64,000 nucleotides of DNA from Antedon mediterranea (taxonomy: Eukaryota > Animalia > Echinodermata): positions 8,648,201 to 8,712,200 of the forward strand of contig NC_092679.1 of NCBI RefSeq assembly GCF_964355755.1. Direction: 5' to 3'. The notes under the pieces are model-generated. The model was given only the letters and a program-made list of their open reading frames with translations, was not told where the DNA came from and did not search any database. The translations under genes and the position numbers were made by a program. This document shows positions 8,304 through 22,500 of this stretch, in pieces; position 1 is the first letter of the stretch; every line of letters begins with the position of its first letter.

Positions 8304-9598
8304 AAGCTATTTGTGCTCTTTGGTGTTTTTTTGTGAAAAGTTTTATCGAAATGTTCAAAATGGTCTAAAACGGTTTCTAATGTGATTTTAAGCACTTTGA
8401 TGTTTTTGTGGAACCAAGTTTTTTCGAAAATCACAAAATGGTCTACAACGTCTCCAAATGCGATTTGAAGCTATACTTAGCACTTTGGTGTTTTTATGTT
8501 AACAAGTTTTTTCGAAAATCACAAAATGGTCTAAAACGTCTCCAAATGTGATTTTAAGCTATTTTAAGCACTTTGGTGTTTTTGTGTTAACAAGTTTTTC
8601 GAAAATCACAAAATTGTCTAAAACGTCTCCAAATGCAATTTGAAGCTATTCTGTACACTTTGGTGTTTTTATGTTAACAAGTTTTTTCGAAAATCACAAA
8701 ATGGTCTAAAATATCTCCAAATGCGATTTGAAGCTATTTTAAGCACTTTGGTGCTTTTGTGTAACCAAGTTTTTTCGAAAATCACAAAATGGTCTAAAAT
8801 GTCTCCAAATGCGATTTGAAGCTATTTTAAGCACTTTGGTGCTTTTGTGTAACAAAGTTTTTTCGAAAATCACAAAAGGGTCTAAAATGTCTAAAAATGC
8901 GATTTGAAGCTATTCTAAGGACTTTGGTGTTTTTATGGTAACAAGTTTTTTCGAAAATCACAAAATGGTCTAAAACGTCTCCAAATGCGAATTGAAGCTA
9001 TTCTGTACACTTTGATGTTTTTATGTTAACAAGTTTTTTAGAAAATAACAAAATGGTCTAAAACGTCTCCAAATGCGATTTAAAGCTATTTTAAGCACTT
9101 TGATGTTTTTGTGTAACCAAGTTTTTTCGAAAATCACAAAAGGGTCTAAAATGTCTCTAAATGCGATATGAAGCTATTCTAAGCACTTTGGTGTTTTTAT
9201 GTTAACAAGTTTTTTTGAAAATCACAAAATGATCTAAAACGTCTACAAATGCGATTTGAAGCTATTCTAAGCACTTTTGTGTTTTTATGTTAACAAGTTT
9301 TTTCGAAAATCACAAAATGGTCTAAAATGTCTACAAATGCGATTTGAAGCTATTCTTAGCACATTGGTGTTTTTATGTTAACAAGTTTTTTCGAAAATCA
9401 CAAAATGGTCTAAAACGTCTCCAAATGCGATTTGAAGCTATTTTCAGCACTTTGGTGTTTTGTGTTAACAAGTTTTTCGAAATGCTCAAAATGGTCTAAA
9501 ACGTTTTTAAATACGATATTAAGCTATTTTGTGCTCTTTGATGTTTTTGTGTGAAAAGTTTTAGCGAAATGCTCAAAATGGTCTAAAACGGTTTCTAA
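8304..9598 (+). repeat. Satellite DNA array (segment 2)
   Basis: Same 88-bp family and orientation; resumes in register with the monomer broken at 3211. Confidence 0.97.
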
Positions 9599-10500
9599 GG
9601 GCCTGTTTCTGCTGAGCAGAAATAATCGATTATTAACCGTTTATTTTTTTAATCGATTATTCTTGGGCAGCAGAAACGGCGCAAAATAAAATAACCGATT
9701 AAAAATAACCGATTAAAAACACTCAATCCATTGCGTGTTTTAATCGATTATTTCTTGTTTTAACCGATTATTGCGGAGCAGTTTTGAGCTGCAACACAAA
9801 TAGCGATTATTGACCTCACTTTGACCTCTAGAGTATGACAAACTTATTCACGTCACAAAGCATGCTGTTTATTTGCGCGATATCGACGACGATCAGCAAA
9901 ACCACGATCGCGATGTAGACCGAATAACAATCAAATGTTAAACATTTGATTTTTATTATTTTGTGGGGAAGAATTATACCGAGAGACTCCAGGATTCTGT
10001 GTTACAATACACCCGTTACATACCACCAGTCCAGGCTAACGATGTTTTACATGTCATTTTTTAGGCCTGTTTGTTGACTTGTTTCGGTAGAAATATATAG
10101 CATAGCCTAGGCCTAGCAGGCCGAAGGTAGAACCAACGAACGGCGAAACGAACTTTTTTCGCCGACGTGTCCTTATTAATATAACATCATTATTCTGTTG
10201 TATGTGGTACGGTAGTAGGCCTAGATGTTTATTTTTAAAATAATATAGCTTTACGTAAGAGTAATTTTTAATCCTACATGTGAGAGTTTTAGGCAGCGAT
10301 AGGGTATAAACAAACCAACTCTCATCGGCCTTTCATAACTTGAACTGCGCTGTGGGAGAATGATGACGTGATTTTAAAAACCGATTACCTGAATAACCGA
10401 TTAAAGTCGTAGCAATTTTCAATTGCAACGCGATTATTTTTGTGGTTTGCGGTGACTGGAAAAAATCGATTATTTTCATTTTTTCAGCAGAAACAGACCC
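9599..10500. mobile_element. Non-autonomous PIF/Harbinger-type DNA transposon (MITE), 902 bp
   Basis: 17-bp TIRs GGGCCTGTTTCTGCTGA (9599-9615) and TCAGCAGAAACAGACCC (10484-10500), one mismatch. TAA TSD at 9596-9598 and 10501-10503; the empty site elsewhere reads GGTTTCTAATGTG. Many subterminal AATCGATT/AACCGATT motifs; no transposase. Confidence 0.9.
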
Positions 10501-13500
10501 TAATGTGATTTTAAGCACTTTGATGTTTTTATGTTACCAAGTTTTTTCGAAAATCACAAAATGGTCTAAAACGTCTCCAAATGCGATTTGAAGCTATTTT
10601 AAGAACTTTGGTGTTTTTGTGTTAACAAGTTTTTCGAAATGCTCAAAATGGTCTAAAACGTTTTTAAATACGATATTAAGCTATTTTGTGCTCTTTGATG
10701 TTTTTTTGTGAAAAGTTTTATCGAAATGTTCAAAATGGTCTAAAACGGTTTCTAATGTGATTTAAAGCACTTTGATGTTTTTTTGGAACCAAGTTTTTTC
10801 GAAAATCACAAAATGGTCTAAAACGTCTCCAAATGCGATTTGAAGCTATTCTTAGTACATTGGTGTTTTTATGTTAACAAGTTTTTTCGAAAATCACAAA
10901 AGAGTCTAAAATATCTCGAAATGCGATTTGAAGCTATTCTAAGCACTTTGGTGTTTTTATGTTAACAAGTTTTTTCGAAAATCACAAAATGGTCTAAAAT
11001 GTCTCCAAATGCGATTTGAAGCTAATCTTAGCACATTGGTGTTTTTATGTTAACAAGTTTTTTCGAAAATCACAAAATGGTCTAAAACGACTCCAAATGC
11101 GATTTGAAGCTATTCTGTACACTTTGGTGTTTTTATGTTAACAAGTTTTTCGAAATCCTCAAAATGGTCTAAAACTTTTTTAAATACGATATTAAGCTAT
11201 TTTGTGCTCTTTGATGTTTTTTGGTGAAAAGTTTTATCGAAATGCTCAAAATGGTCTAAAACGGTTTCTAATGTGATTTTAAGCACTTTGATGTTTTTGT
11301 GGAACCAAGTTTTTTCGAAAATCACAAAATTGTCTAAAACGTCTCCAAATGTGATTTGAAGCTATTCTAAGCACTTTGGTGTTTTTATGTTAACAGTTTT
11401 TTCGAAAATCACAAAATGGTCTAAAACGTCTCCAAATGCGATTTGAAGCTATTCTGTACACTTTAATGTTTTTATGGTAACAAGTTTTTTAGAAAAAAAC
11501 AAAATGGTCTAAAACATCTCCAAATGCGATTTAAAGCTATTTTAAGCACTTTTGTGTTTTTGTGTAACCAAGTTTTTTCGAAAATCACAAAAGGGTCTAA
11601 AATGTCTCTAAATGCGATTTGAAGCTATTCTAAGCACTTTGGTGTTTTTATGTTTACAAGTTTTTTCGAAAATCACAAAATGGTCTAAAACGTCTCCAAA
11701 TGCGATTTAAATCTATTTTAAGCACTTTTGTGTTTTTGTGTAACCAAGTTTTTTCGAAAATCACAAAAGCATCTAAAATGTCTCAAAATGCGATTTAAAG
11801 CTATTCTAAGCACTTTGGTGTTGTTATGTTCACAAGTTTTTTCGAAAATCACAAAATGGTCTAAAACGTCTCCAAATGCGATTTAAATCTATTTTAAGCA
11901 CTTTTGTGTTTTTGTGTAACCAAGTTTTTTCGAAAATCACAAAAGCATCTAAAATGTCTCAAAATGCGATTTAAAGCTATTCTAAGCACTTTGGTGTTGT
12001 TATGTTCACAAAGTTTTTTCGAAAATCACAAAATGGTCTCAAACGTCTACAAATGCGATTTGAAGCTATTCTAAGCACTTTTGTGTTTTTATGTTAACAA
12101 GTTTTTTCGAAAATCACAAAATGGTCTAAAACGTCTCCAAATGCGATTTGAGCACTTTGGTGTTTTTGTGGTAACAAGTTTTTCGAAATGTTCAAAATGG
12201 TCTAAAACGTTTTTAAATACGATATTAAGCTATTTTGTGCTCTTTGATGTTTTTTTGTGAAAAGTTTTATCGAAATGTTCAAAATGGTTTAAACGGTTTC
12301 TAATGTGATTTTAAGCACTTTGATGTTTTTGTGTAACCAAGTTTTTTCGAAAATCACAAAATTGTCTAAAACGTCTCCAAATGCGATTTGAAGCTATTCT
12401 TAGCACTTTGGTGTTTTTATGTTAACAAGTTTTTTCGAAAAATCACAAAATGGTCTAAAACGTCTCCAAATGTGATTTGAAGCTATTTTAAGCACTTTGG
12501 TGTTTTTGTGTTAACAAGTTTTTCGAAAATCACAAAATTGTTTAAAACGTCTCGAAATGTGATTTGAAGCTATTCTAAGCACTTTGGTGTTTTTATGTTA
12601 ACAAGTTTTTTCGAAATCACAAAATGGTCTAAAATGTCTCCAAATGCGATTTTAAGCTAATCTTAGCACATTGGTGTTTTTATGTTAACAAGTTTTTTCG
12701 AAAATCACAAAATGGTCTAAAACGACTCCAAATGCGATTTGAAGCTATTCTGTACACTTTGGTGTTTTTATGTTAACAAGTTTTTTCGAAAATCACAAAA
12801 TGGTCTAAAACGTCTCCAAATGCGATTTGAAGCTATTCTGTACACTTTGATGTTTTTATGTTAAAAAGTTTTTTCAAAAATCACAAAATGGTCTAAAACG
12901 TTTCCAAACGCGATTTGAAGCTATTCTGTACACTTTGATGTTTTGTGTGAAAATTTTCTGTCGAAATGCTCAAAATGGTCAAAAACGTTTTTAAATACGA
13001 TATTAAGCTACTTTGTGCTCTTTGATGTTTTTGTGTGAAAAGTTTTATCGAAATGCTCAAAATGGTCTAAAACGGTTTCTAATGTGATTTTAAGCACTTT
13101 GATGTTTTTGTGTAACCAAGTTTTTCGAAAATCACAAAATTGTCTAAAACGTCTCCAAATGCGATTTGATTCTGTACACTTTGATGTTTTTATGTTAACA
13201 AGTTTTTTCGAAAATCACAAAAGAGTCTAAAATATCTCGAAATGCGATTTGAAGCTATTCTAAGCACTTTGGTGTTTTTATGTTAACAAGTTTTTTCGAA
13301 AATCAAAAAATGGTCTAAAATGTCTCCAAAAGCGATTTGAAGCTATTCTTAGCACATTGGTGTTTTTATTTAAACAAATTTTTTCGAAAATCACAAAATG
13401 GTCTAAAACGACTCCAAATGCGATTTGAAGCTATTCTGTACACTTGGGTGTTTTTATGTTAAATATTTTTTTCGAAAATCACAAAATGGTCTAAAACGTC

Positions 13501-16500
13501 TCCAAATGCGATTTGAAGCTATTCTGTACACTTTGCTGTTTTTATGTTAACAATTTTTTTCGAAAATCACAAAATGGTCTAAAACGTCTCCAAATGCGAT
13601 TTGAAGCTATTCTGTACACTTTGCTGTTTTGTGTGAAAAATGTTTGTCGAAATCCTCAAAATGGTCAAAAACGTTTTTAAATACGATATTAAGCTATTTT
13701 GTGCTCTTTGATGTTTTTGTGTGAAAAGTTTTATCGAAATGCTCAAAATGGTCTAAAACGGTTTCTAATGTGATTTTAAGCACTTTGATTTTTTTGTAGA
13801 ACCAAGTTTTTTTCGAAAATCACAAGATGGTCTAAAACGTCTCCAAATGTGATTTGAAGTTATTCTAAGCACTTTGGTGTTTTTATGTTAACAGTTTTTT
13901 CGAAAATCACAAAATGGTCTAAAACGTCTCCAAATGCGATTTGAAGCTGTACACTTTGATGTTTTTATGGTAACAAGTTTTTAGAAAATCATAAAAAGGT
14001 CTAAAACATCTCCAAATGCGATTTAAAGCTATTTTAAGCACTTTTGTGTTTTTGTGTAACCAAGTTTTTTCGAAAATCACAAAAGGGTCTAAAATGTCTC
14101 TAAATCCGATTTGAAGCTATTCTAAGCACTTTGGTGTTTTTATGTTAACAAGTTTTTTTGAAAATCACAAAATGGTCTAAAATGTCTCCAAATGCGATTT
14201 GAAGCTATTATTAGCACATTGGTGTTTTTATGTTAACAAGTTTTTTCGAAAATCACAAAATGGTCTAAAATGTCTCCAAATGCGATTTGAAGCTAATTTA
14301 AGCACTTTGGTTTTTTTGTGTTAACAAGTTTTTCGAAATGCTCAAAATGGTCTAAAACGTCTCCAAATGCGATTTGAAGCTATTCTAAGCACTTTGGTGT
14401 TTTTATGTTAACAAGTTTTTTCGAAAATCACAAAATGGTCTAAAACGTCTCCAAATGCGATTTGAAGCTATTCTAAGCACTTTGGTGTTTTTATGTTAAC
14501 AAGTTTTTTCGAAAATCACAAAATGGTCTAAAACGTCTCCAAATGCGATTTGAAGCTATTCTGTACACTTTGATGTTTTTATGTTAACAAGTTTTTTCAA
14601 AAATCACAAAATGGTCTAAAACGTTTCCAAATGCGATTTGAAGCTATTCTGTACACTTTGATGTTTTGTGTGAAAATTTTCTGTCGAAATGCTCAAAATG
14701 GTCAAAAACGTTTTTAAATACGATATTAAGCTACTTTGTGCTCTTTGATGTTTTTGTGTGAAAAGTTTTATCGAAATGCTCAAAATTGTCTAAAACGGTT
14801 TCTAATGTGATTTCAAGCACTTTGATGTTTTTGTGTAACCAAGTTTTTCGAAAATCACAAAATTGTCTAAAACGTCTCCAAATGCGATTTGAAGCTATTC
14901 TGTACACTTGATGTTTTTATGTTAACAAGTTTTTTCGAAAATCACAAAAAAGTCTAAAATATCTCGAAATGCGATTTGAAGCTATTCTAAGCACTTTGGT
15001 GTTTTTATGTTAACAGGTTTTTTCGAAATCACAAAATGGTCTAAAATGTCTCCAAATGCGATTTGAAGCTAATCTTAGCACATTGGTGTTTTTATGTTAA
15101 CAAGTTTTTTCGAAAATCACAAAATGGTCTAAAATGTCTCCAAATGCGATTTGAAGCTAATCTTAGCACATTGGTGTTTTTATGTTAACAAGTTTTTTCG
15201 AAAATCACAAAATGGTCTAAAACGACTCCAAATGCGATTTGAAGCTATTCTGTACACTTTGGTGTTTTTATGTTAACAAGTTTTTTCGAAAATCACAAAA
15301 TGGTCTAAAACGTCTCCAAATGCGATTTGAAGCTACTCTGTACACTTTGATGTTTTTATGTTAACAAGTTTTTTCAAAAATCACAAAATGGTCTAAAACG
15401 TTTTCAAACGCGATTTGAAGCTATTCTGTACACTTTGATGTTTTGTGTGAAAATTTTCTGTCGAAATGCTCAAAATGGTCAAAAACGTTTTTAAATACGA
15501 TATTAAGCTACTTTGTGCTCTTTGATGTTTTTGTGTGAAAAGTTTTATCGAAATGCTCAAAATGGTCTAAAACGGTTTCTAATGTGATTTTAAGCACTTT
15601 GATGTTTTTGTGTTTAACCAAGTTTTTCGAAAATCACAAAATTGTCTAAAATGTCTCCAAATGCGATTTGAAGTTATTCTGTACACTTTGATGTTTTTAT
15701 GTTAACAAGTTTTTTCGAAAATCACAAAAGAGTCTAAAATATCTCGAAATGCGATTTGAAGCTATTTTAAGCACTTTGGTGTTTTTATGTTAACAAGTTT
15801 TTTCGAAAATCACAAAATGGTCTAAAATGTCTCCAAATGCGATTTGAAGCTAATCTTAGCACATTGGTGTTTTTATGTTAACAAGTTTTTTCGAAAATCA
15901 CAAAATGGTCTAAAACGACTCCAAATGCGATTTGAAGCTATTCTGTACACTTGGGTGTTTTTATGTTAACAAGTTTTTTCGAAAATCACAAAATGGTCTA
16001 AAACGTCTCCAAATGCGATTTGAAGCTATTCCGTACACTTTGCTGTTTTTATGTTAACAATTTTTTTCGAAAATCACAAAATGGTCTAAAACGTCTCCAA
16101 ATGCGATTTGAAGCTATTCTGTACACTTTGCTGTTTTGTGTGAAAAATGTTTGTCGAAATCCTCAAAATGGTCAAAAACGTTTTTAAATACGATATTAAG
16201 CTATTTTGTGCTCTTTGATGTTTTTGTGTGAAAAGTTTTATCGAAATGCTCAAAATGGTCTAAAACGGTTTCTAATGTGATTTTAAGCACTTTGATTTTT
16301 TTGTAGAACCAAGTTTTTTCGAAAATCACAAGATGGTCTAAAACGTCTCCAAATGTGATTTGAAGTTATTCTAAGCACTTTGGTGTTTTTATGTTAACAG
16401 TTTTTTCGAAAATCACAAAATGGTCTAAAACGTCTCCAAATGCGATTTGAAGCTGTACACTTTGATGTTTTTATGGTAACAAGTTTTTAGAAAATCATAA

Positions 16501-19500
16501 AAAGGTCTAAAACATCTCCAAATGCGATTTAAAGCTATTTTAAGCACTTTTGTGTTTTTGTGTAACCAAGTTTTTTCGAAAATCACAAAAGGGTCTAAAA
16601 TGTCTCTAAATCCGATTTGAAGCTATTCTAAGCACTTTGGTGTTTTTATGTTAACAAGTTTTTTTGAAAATCACAAAATGGTCTAAATTGTCTCCAAATG
16701 CGATTTGAAGCTATTATTAGCACATTGGTGTTTTTATGTTAACAAGTTTTTTCGAAAATCACAAAATGGTCTAAAATGTCTCCAAATGCGATTTGAAGCT
16801 AATTTAAGCACTTTGGTTTTTTTGTGTTAACAAGTTTTTCGAAATGCTCAAAATGGTCTAAAACGTCTCCAAATGCGATTTGAAGCTATTCTAAGCACTT
16901 TGGTGTTTTTATGTTAACAAGTTTTTTCGAAAATCACAAAATGGTCTAAAACGTCTCCAAATGCGATTTGAAGCTATTCTAAGCACTTTGGTGTTTTTAT
17001 GTTAACAAGTTTTTTCGAAAATCACAAAATGGTCTAAAACGTCTCCAAATGCGATTTGAAGCTATTCTGTACACTTTGATGTTTTTATGTTAACAAGTTT
17101 TTTCAAAAATCACAAAATGGTCTAAAACGTTTCCAAATGCGATTTGAAGCTATTCTGTACACTTTGATGTTTTGTGTGAAAATTTTCTGTCGAAATGCTC
17201 AAAATGGTCAAAAACGTTTTTAAATACGATATTAAGCTACTTTGTGCTCTTTGATGTTTTTGTGTGAAAAGTTTTATCGAAATGCTCAAAATTGTCTAAA
17301 ACGGTTTCTAATGTGATTTCAAGCACTTTGATGTTTTTGTGTAACCAAGTTTTTCGAAAATCACAAAATTGTCTAAAACGTCTCCAAATGCGATTTGAAG
17401 CTATTCTGTACACTTGATGTTTTTATGTTAACAAGTTTTTTCGAAAATCACAAAAAAGTCTAAAATATCTCGAAATGCGATTTGAAGCTATTCTAAGCAC
17501 TTTGGTGTTTTTATGTTAACAGGTTTTTTCGAAATCACAAAATGGTCTAAAATGTCTCCAAATGCGATTTGAAGCTAATCTTAGCACATTGGTGTTTTTA
17601 TGTTAACAAGTTTTTTCGAAAATCACAAAATGGTCTAAAATGTCTCCAAATGCGATTTGAAGCTAATCTTAGCACATTGGTGTTTTTATGTTAACAAGTT
17701 TTTTCGAAAATCACAAAATGGTCTAAAACGACTCCAAATGCGATTTGAAGCTATTCTGTACACTTTGGTGTTTTTATGTTAACAAGTTTTTTCGAAAATC
17801 ACAAAATGGTCTAAAACGTCTCCAAATGCGATTTGAAGCTACTCTGTACACTTTGATGTTTTTATGTTAACAAGTTTTTTCAAAAATCACAAAATGGTCT
17901 AAAACGTTTTCAAACGCGATTTGAAGCTATTCTGTACACTTTGATGTTTTGTGTGAAAATTTTCTGTCGAAATGCTCAAAATGGTCAAAAACGTTTTTAA
18001 ATACGATATTAAGCTACTTTGTGCTCTTTGATGTTTTTGTGTGAAAAGTTTTATCGAAATGCTCAAAATGGTCTAAAACGGTTTCTAATGTGATTTTAAG
18101 CACTTTGATGTTTTTGTGTTTAACCAAGTTTTTCGAAAATCACAAAATTGTCTAAAATGTCTCCAAATGCGATTTGAAGTTATTCTGTACACTTTGATGT
18201 TTTTATGTTAACAAGTTTTTTCGAAAATCACAAAAGAGTCTAAAATATCTCGAAATGCGATTTGAAGCTATTTTAAGCACTTTGGTGTTTTTATGTTAAC
18301 AAGTTTTTTCGAAAATCACAAAATGGTCTAAAATGTCTCCAAATGCGATTTGAAGCTAATCTTAGCACATTGGTGTTTTTATGTTAACAAGTTTTTTCGA
18401 AAATCACAAAATGGTCTAAAACGACTCCAAATGCGATTTGAAGCTATTCTGTACACTTTGGTGTTTTTATGTTAACAAGTTTTTTCGAAAATCACAAAAT
18501 GGTCTAAAACGTCTCCAAATGCGATTTGAAGCTATTCCGTACACTTTGCTGTTTTGTGTGTAAAATGTTTGTCGAAATCCTCAAAATGGTCAAAAACGTT
18601 TTTAAATACGATATTAAGCTATTTTGTGCTCTTTGATGTTTTTGTGTGAAAAGTTTTATCGAAATGCTCAAAATGGTCTAAAACGGTTTCTAATGTGATT
18701 TTAAGCACTGTGATGTTTTTGTGTAACCAAGTTTTTTCGAAATGCTCAAAATGGTCTAAAACGGTTTCTAATGTGATTTTAAGCACTTTGATGTTTTTGT
18801 GTAACCAAGTTTTTTCGAAAATCACAAAATGGTCTAAAACGTCTGCAAATGTGATTTGAAGCTATTCTAAGCACTTTGGTGTTTTTATGTTAACAGTTTT
18901 TTCGAAAATCACAAAATGGTCTAAAACGTCTCCAAATGCCATTTGAAGCTATTCTGTACACTTTGATGTTTTTATGGTAACAAGTTTTTTAGAAAATCAC
19001 AAAATGGTCTAAAACATCTCCAAATGCGATTTAAAGCTATTTTAAGCACTTTTGTGTTTTTGTGTAACCAAGTTTTTTCGAAAATCACAAAAGGGTCTAA
19101 AATGTCTCTAAATGCGATTTGAAGCTATTCTAAGCACTTTGGTGTTTTTATGTTAACAAGTTTTTTCGAAAATCACAAAATGGTCTAAAACGTCTCCAAA
19201 TGCGATTTGAAGCTATTCTAAGGACTTTGGTGTTTTTATGTTAACAAGTTTTTTCGAAAATCACAAAATGGTCTAAAACGTCTACAAATGCGATTTGAAG
19301 CTATTCTAAGGACTTTTTTGTTTTTGTGTTAACAAGTTTTTCGAAAATCACAAAATTGTCTAAAACTTCTCCAAATGCGATTTGAATCTATTCTGTACAC
19401 TTTGCTGTTTTGTGTGAAAAATGTTTGTCGAAATCCTCAAAATGGTCAAAAACGTTTTTAAATACGATATTAAGCTATTTTGTGCTCTTTGATGTTTTTG

Positions 19501-22500
19501 TGTGAAAAGTTTTATCGAAATGCTCAAAATGGTCTAAAACGGTTTCTAATGTGATTTTAAGCACTTTGATTTTTTTGTGGAACCAAGTTTTTTCGAAAAT
19601 CACAAGATGGTCTAAAACGTCTCCAAATGTGATTTGAAGTTATTCTAAGCACTTTGGTGTTTTTATGTTAACAGTTTTTTCGAAAATCACAAAATGGTCT
19701 AAAACGTCTCCAAATGCGATTTGAAGCTATTCTGTACACTTTGATGTTTTTATGGTAACAAGTTTTTTAGAAAATCATAAAAAGGTCTAAAACATCTCCA
19801 AATGCGATTTAAAGCTATTTTAAGCACTTTTGTGTTTTTGTGTAACCAAGTTTTTTCGAAAATCACAAAAGGGTCTAAAATGTCTCTAAATCCGTTTTGA
19901 AGCTATTCTAAGCACTTTGGTGTTTTTATGTTAACAAGTTTTTTTGAAAATCACAAAATGGTCTAAAATGTCTCCAAATGCGATTTGAAGCTATTATTAG
20001 CACATTGGTGTTTTTATGTTAACAAGTTTTTTCGAAAATCACAAAATGGTCTAAAATGTCTCCAAATGCGATTTGAAGCTAATTTAAGCACTTTGGTGTT
20101 TTTGTGTTAACAAGTTTTTCGAAATGCTCAAAATGGTCTAAAACGTCTCCAAATGCGATTTGAAGCTATTCTAAGCACTTTGGTGTTTTTATGTTAACAA
20201 GTTTTTTCGAAAATCACAAAATGGTCTAAAACGTCTCCAAATGCGATTTGAAGCTATTCTAAGCACTTTGGTGTTTTTATGTTAACAAGTTTTTTCGAAA
20301 ATCACAAAATGGTCTAAAACGTCTCCAAATGCGATTTGAAGCTATTCTGTACACTTTGATGTTTTTATGTTAACAAGTTTTTTCAAAAATCACAAAATGG
20401 TCTAAAACGTTTCCAAATGCGATTTGAAGCTATTCTGTACACTTTGATGTTTTGTGTGAAAATTTTCTGTCGAAATGCTCAAAATGGTCAAAAACGTTTT
20501 TAAATACGATATTAAGCTACTTTGTGCTCTTTGATGTTTTTGTGTTAAAAGTTTTATCAAAATGCTCAAAATGGTCTAAAACGGTTTCTAATGTGATTTC
20601 AAGCACTTTGATGTTTTTGTGTAACCAAGTTTTTCGAAAATCACAAAATTGTCTAAAAGGTCTCCAAATGCGATTTGAAGCTATTCTGTACACTTTGATG
20701 TTTTTATGTTCACAAGTTTTTTCGAAAATCACAAAAAAGTCTAAAATATCTCGAAATGCGATTTGAAGCTATTCTAAGCACTTTGGTGTTTTTATGTTAA
20801 CAGGTTTTTTCGAAATCACAAAATGGTCTAAAATGTCTCCAAATGCGATTTGAAGCTAATCTTAGCACATTGGTGTTTTTATGTTAACAAGTTTTTTTCG
20901 AAAATCACAAAATGGTCTAAAATGTCTCCAAATGCGATTTGAAGCTAATCTTAGCACATTGGTGTTTTTATGTTAACAAGTTTTTTCGAAAATCACAAAA
21001 TGGTCTAAAACGACTCCAAATGCGATTTGAAGCTATTCTGTACACTTTGGTGTTTTTATGTTAACAAGTTTTTTCGAAAATCACAAAATGGTCTAAAACG
21101 TCTCCAAATGCGATTTGAAGCTACTCTGTACACTTTGATGTTTTTATGTTAACAAGTTTTTTCAAAAATCACAAAATGGTCTAAAACGTTTTCAAACGCG
21201 ATTTGAAGCTATTCTGTACACTTTGATGTTTTGTGTGAAAATTTTCTGTCGAAATGCTCAAAATGGTCAAAAACGTTTTTAAATACGATATTAAGCTACT
21301 TTGTGCTCTTTGATGTTTTTGTGTGAAAAGTTTTATCGAAATGCTCAAAATGGTCTAAAACGGTTTCTAATGTGATTTTAAGCATTTTGATGTTTTTGTG
21401 TAACCAAGTTTTTCGAAAATCACAAAATTGTCTAAAACGTCTCCAAATGCGATTTGAAGTTATTCTGTACACTTTGATGTTTTTATGTTAACAAGTTTTT
21501 TCGAAAATCACAAAAGAGTCTAAAATATCTCGAAATGCGATTTGAAGCTATTCTAAGCACTTTGGTGTTTTTATGTTAACAAGTTTTTTCGAAAATCACA
21601 AAATGGTCTAAAATGTCTCCAAATGCGATTTGAAGCTAATCTTAGCACATTGGTGTTTTTATGTTAACAAGTTTTTTCGAAAATCACAAAATGGTCTAAA
21701 ACGACTCCAACTGCGATTTGAAGCTATTCTGTACACTTTGGTGTTTTTATGTTAACAAGTTTTTTCGAAAATCACAAAATGGTCTAAAACGTCTCCAAAT
21801 GCGATTTGAAGCTATTCTGTACACTTTGCTGTTTTGTGTGAAAAATGTTTGTCGAAATCCTCAAAATGGTCAAAAACGTTTTTAAATACGATATTAAGCT
21901 ATTTTGTGTTCTTTGATGTTTTTGTGTGAAAAGTTTTATCGAAATGCTCAAAATGGTCTAAAACGGTTTCTAATGTGATTTTAAGCACTTAGATGTTTTT
22001 GTGGAACCAAGTTTTTTCGAAAATCACAAAATGGTCTAAAACGTCTCCAAATGTGATTTGAAGCTATTCTAAGCACTTTGGTGTTTTTATGTTAACAGTT
22101 TTTTCGAAAATCACAAAATGGTCTAAAACGTCTCCAAATGCCATTTAAAGCTATTTTAAGCACTTTTGTGTTTTTGTGTAACCAAGTTTTTTCGAAAATC
22201 ACAAAAGGGTCTAAAATGTCTCTAAATGCGATTTGAAGCTATTCTAAGCACTTTGGTGTTTTTATGTTAACAAGTTTTTTCGAAAATCACAAAATGGTCT
22301 AAAACATCTCCAAATGCGATTTAAAGCTATTTTAAGCACTTTTGTGTTTTTGTGTAACCAAGTTTTTTCGAAAATCACAAAAGGGTCTAAAATGTCTCTA
22401 AATGCGATTTGAAGCTATTCTAAGCACTTTGGTGTTTTTATGTTAACAAGTTTTTTCGAAAATCACAAAATGGTCTAAAATGTCTCCAAATGCGATTTGA

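Noticed and set aside
10333-10518. 61-aa ORF as a MITE-encoded protein
   Set aside because: It starts in the satellite, crosses the TIR and has no transposase motifs.
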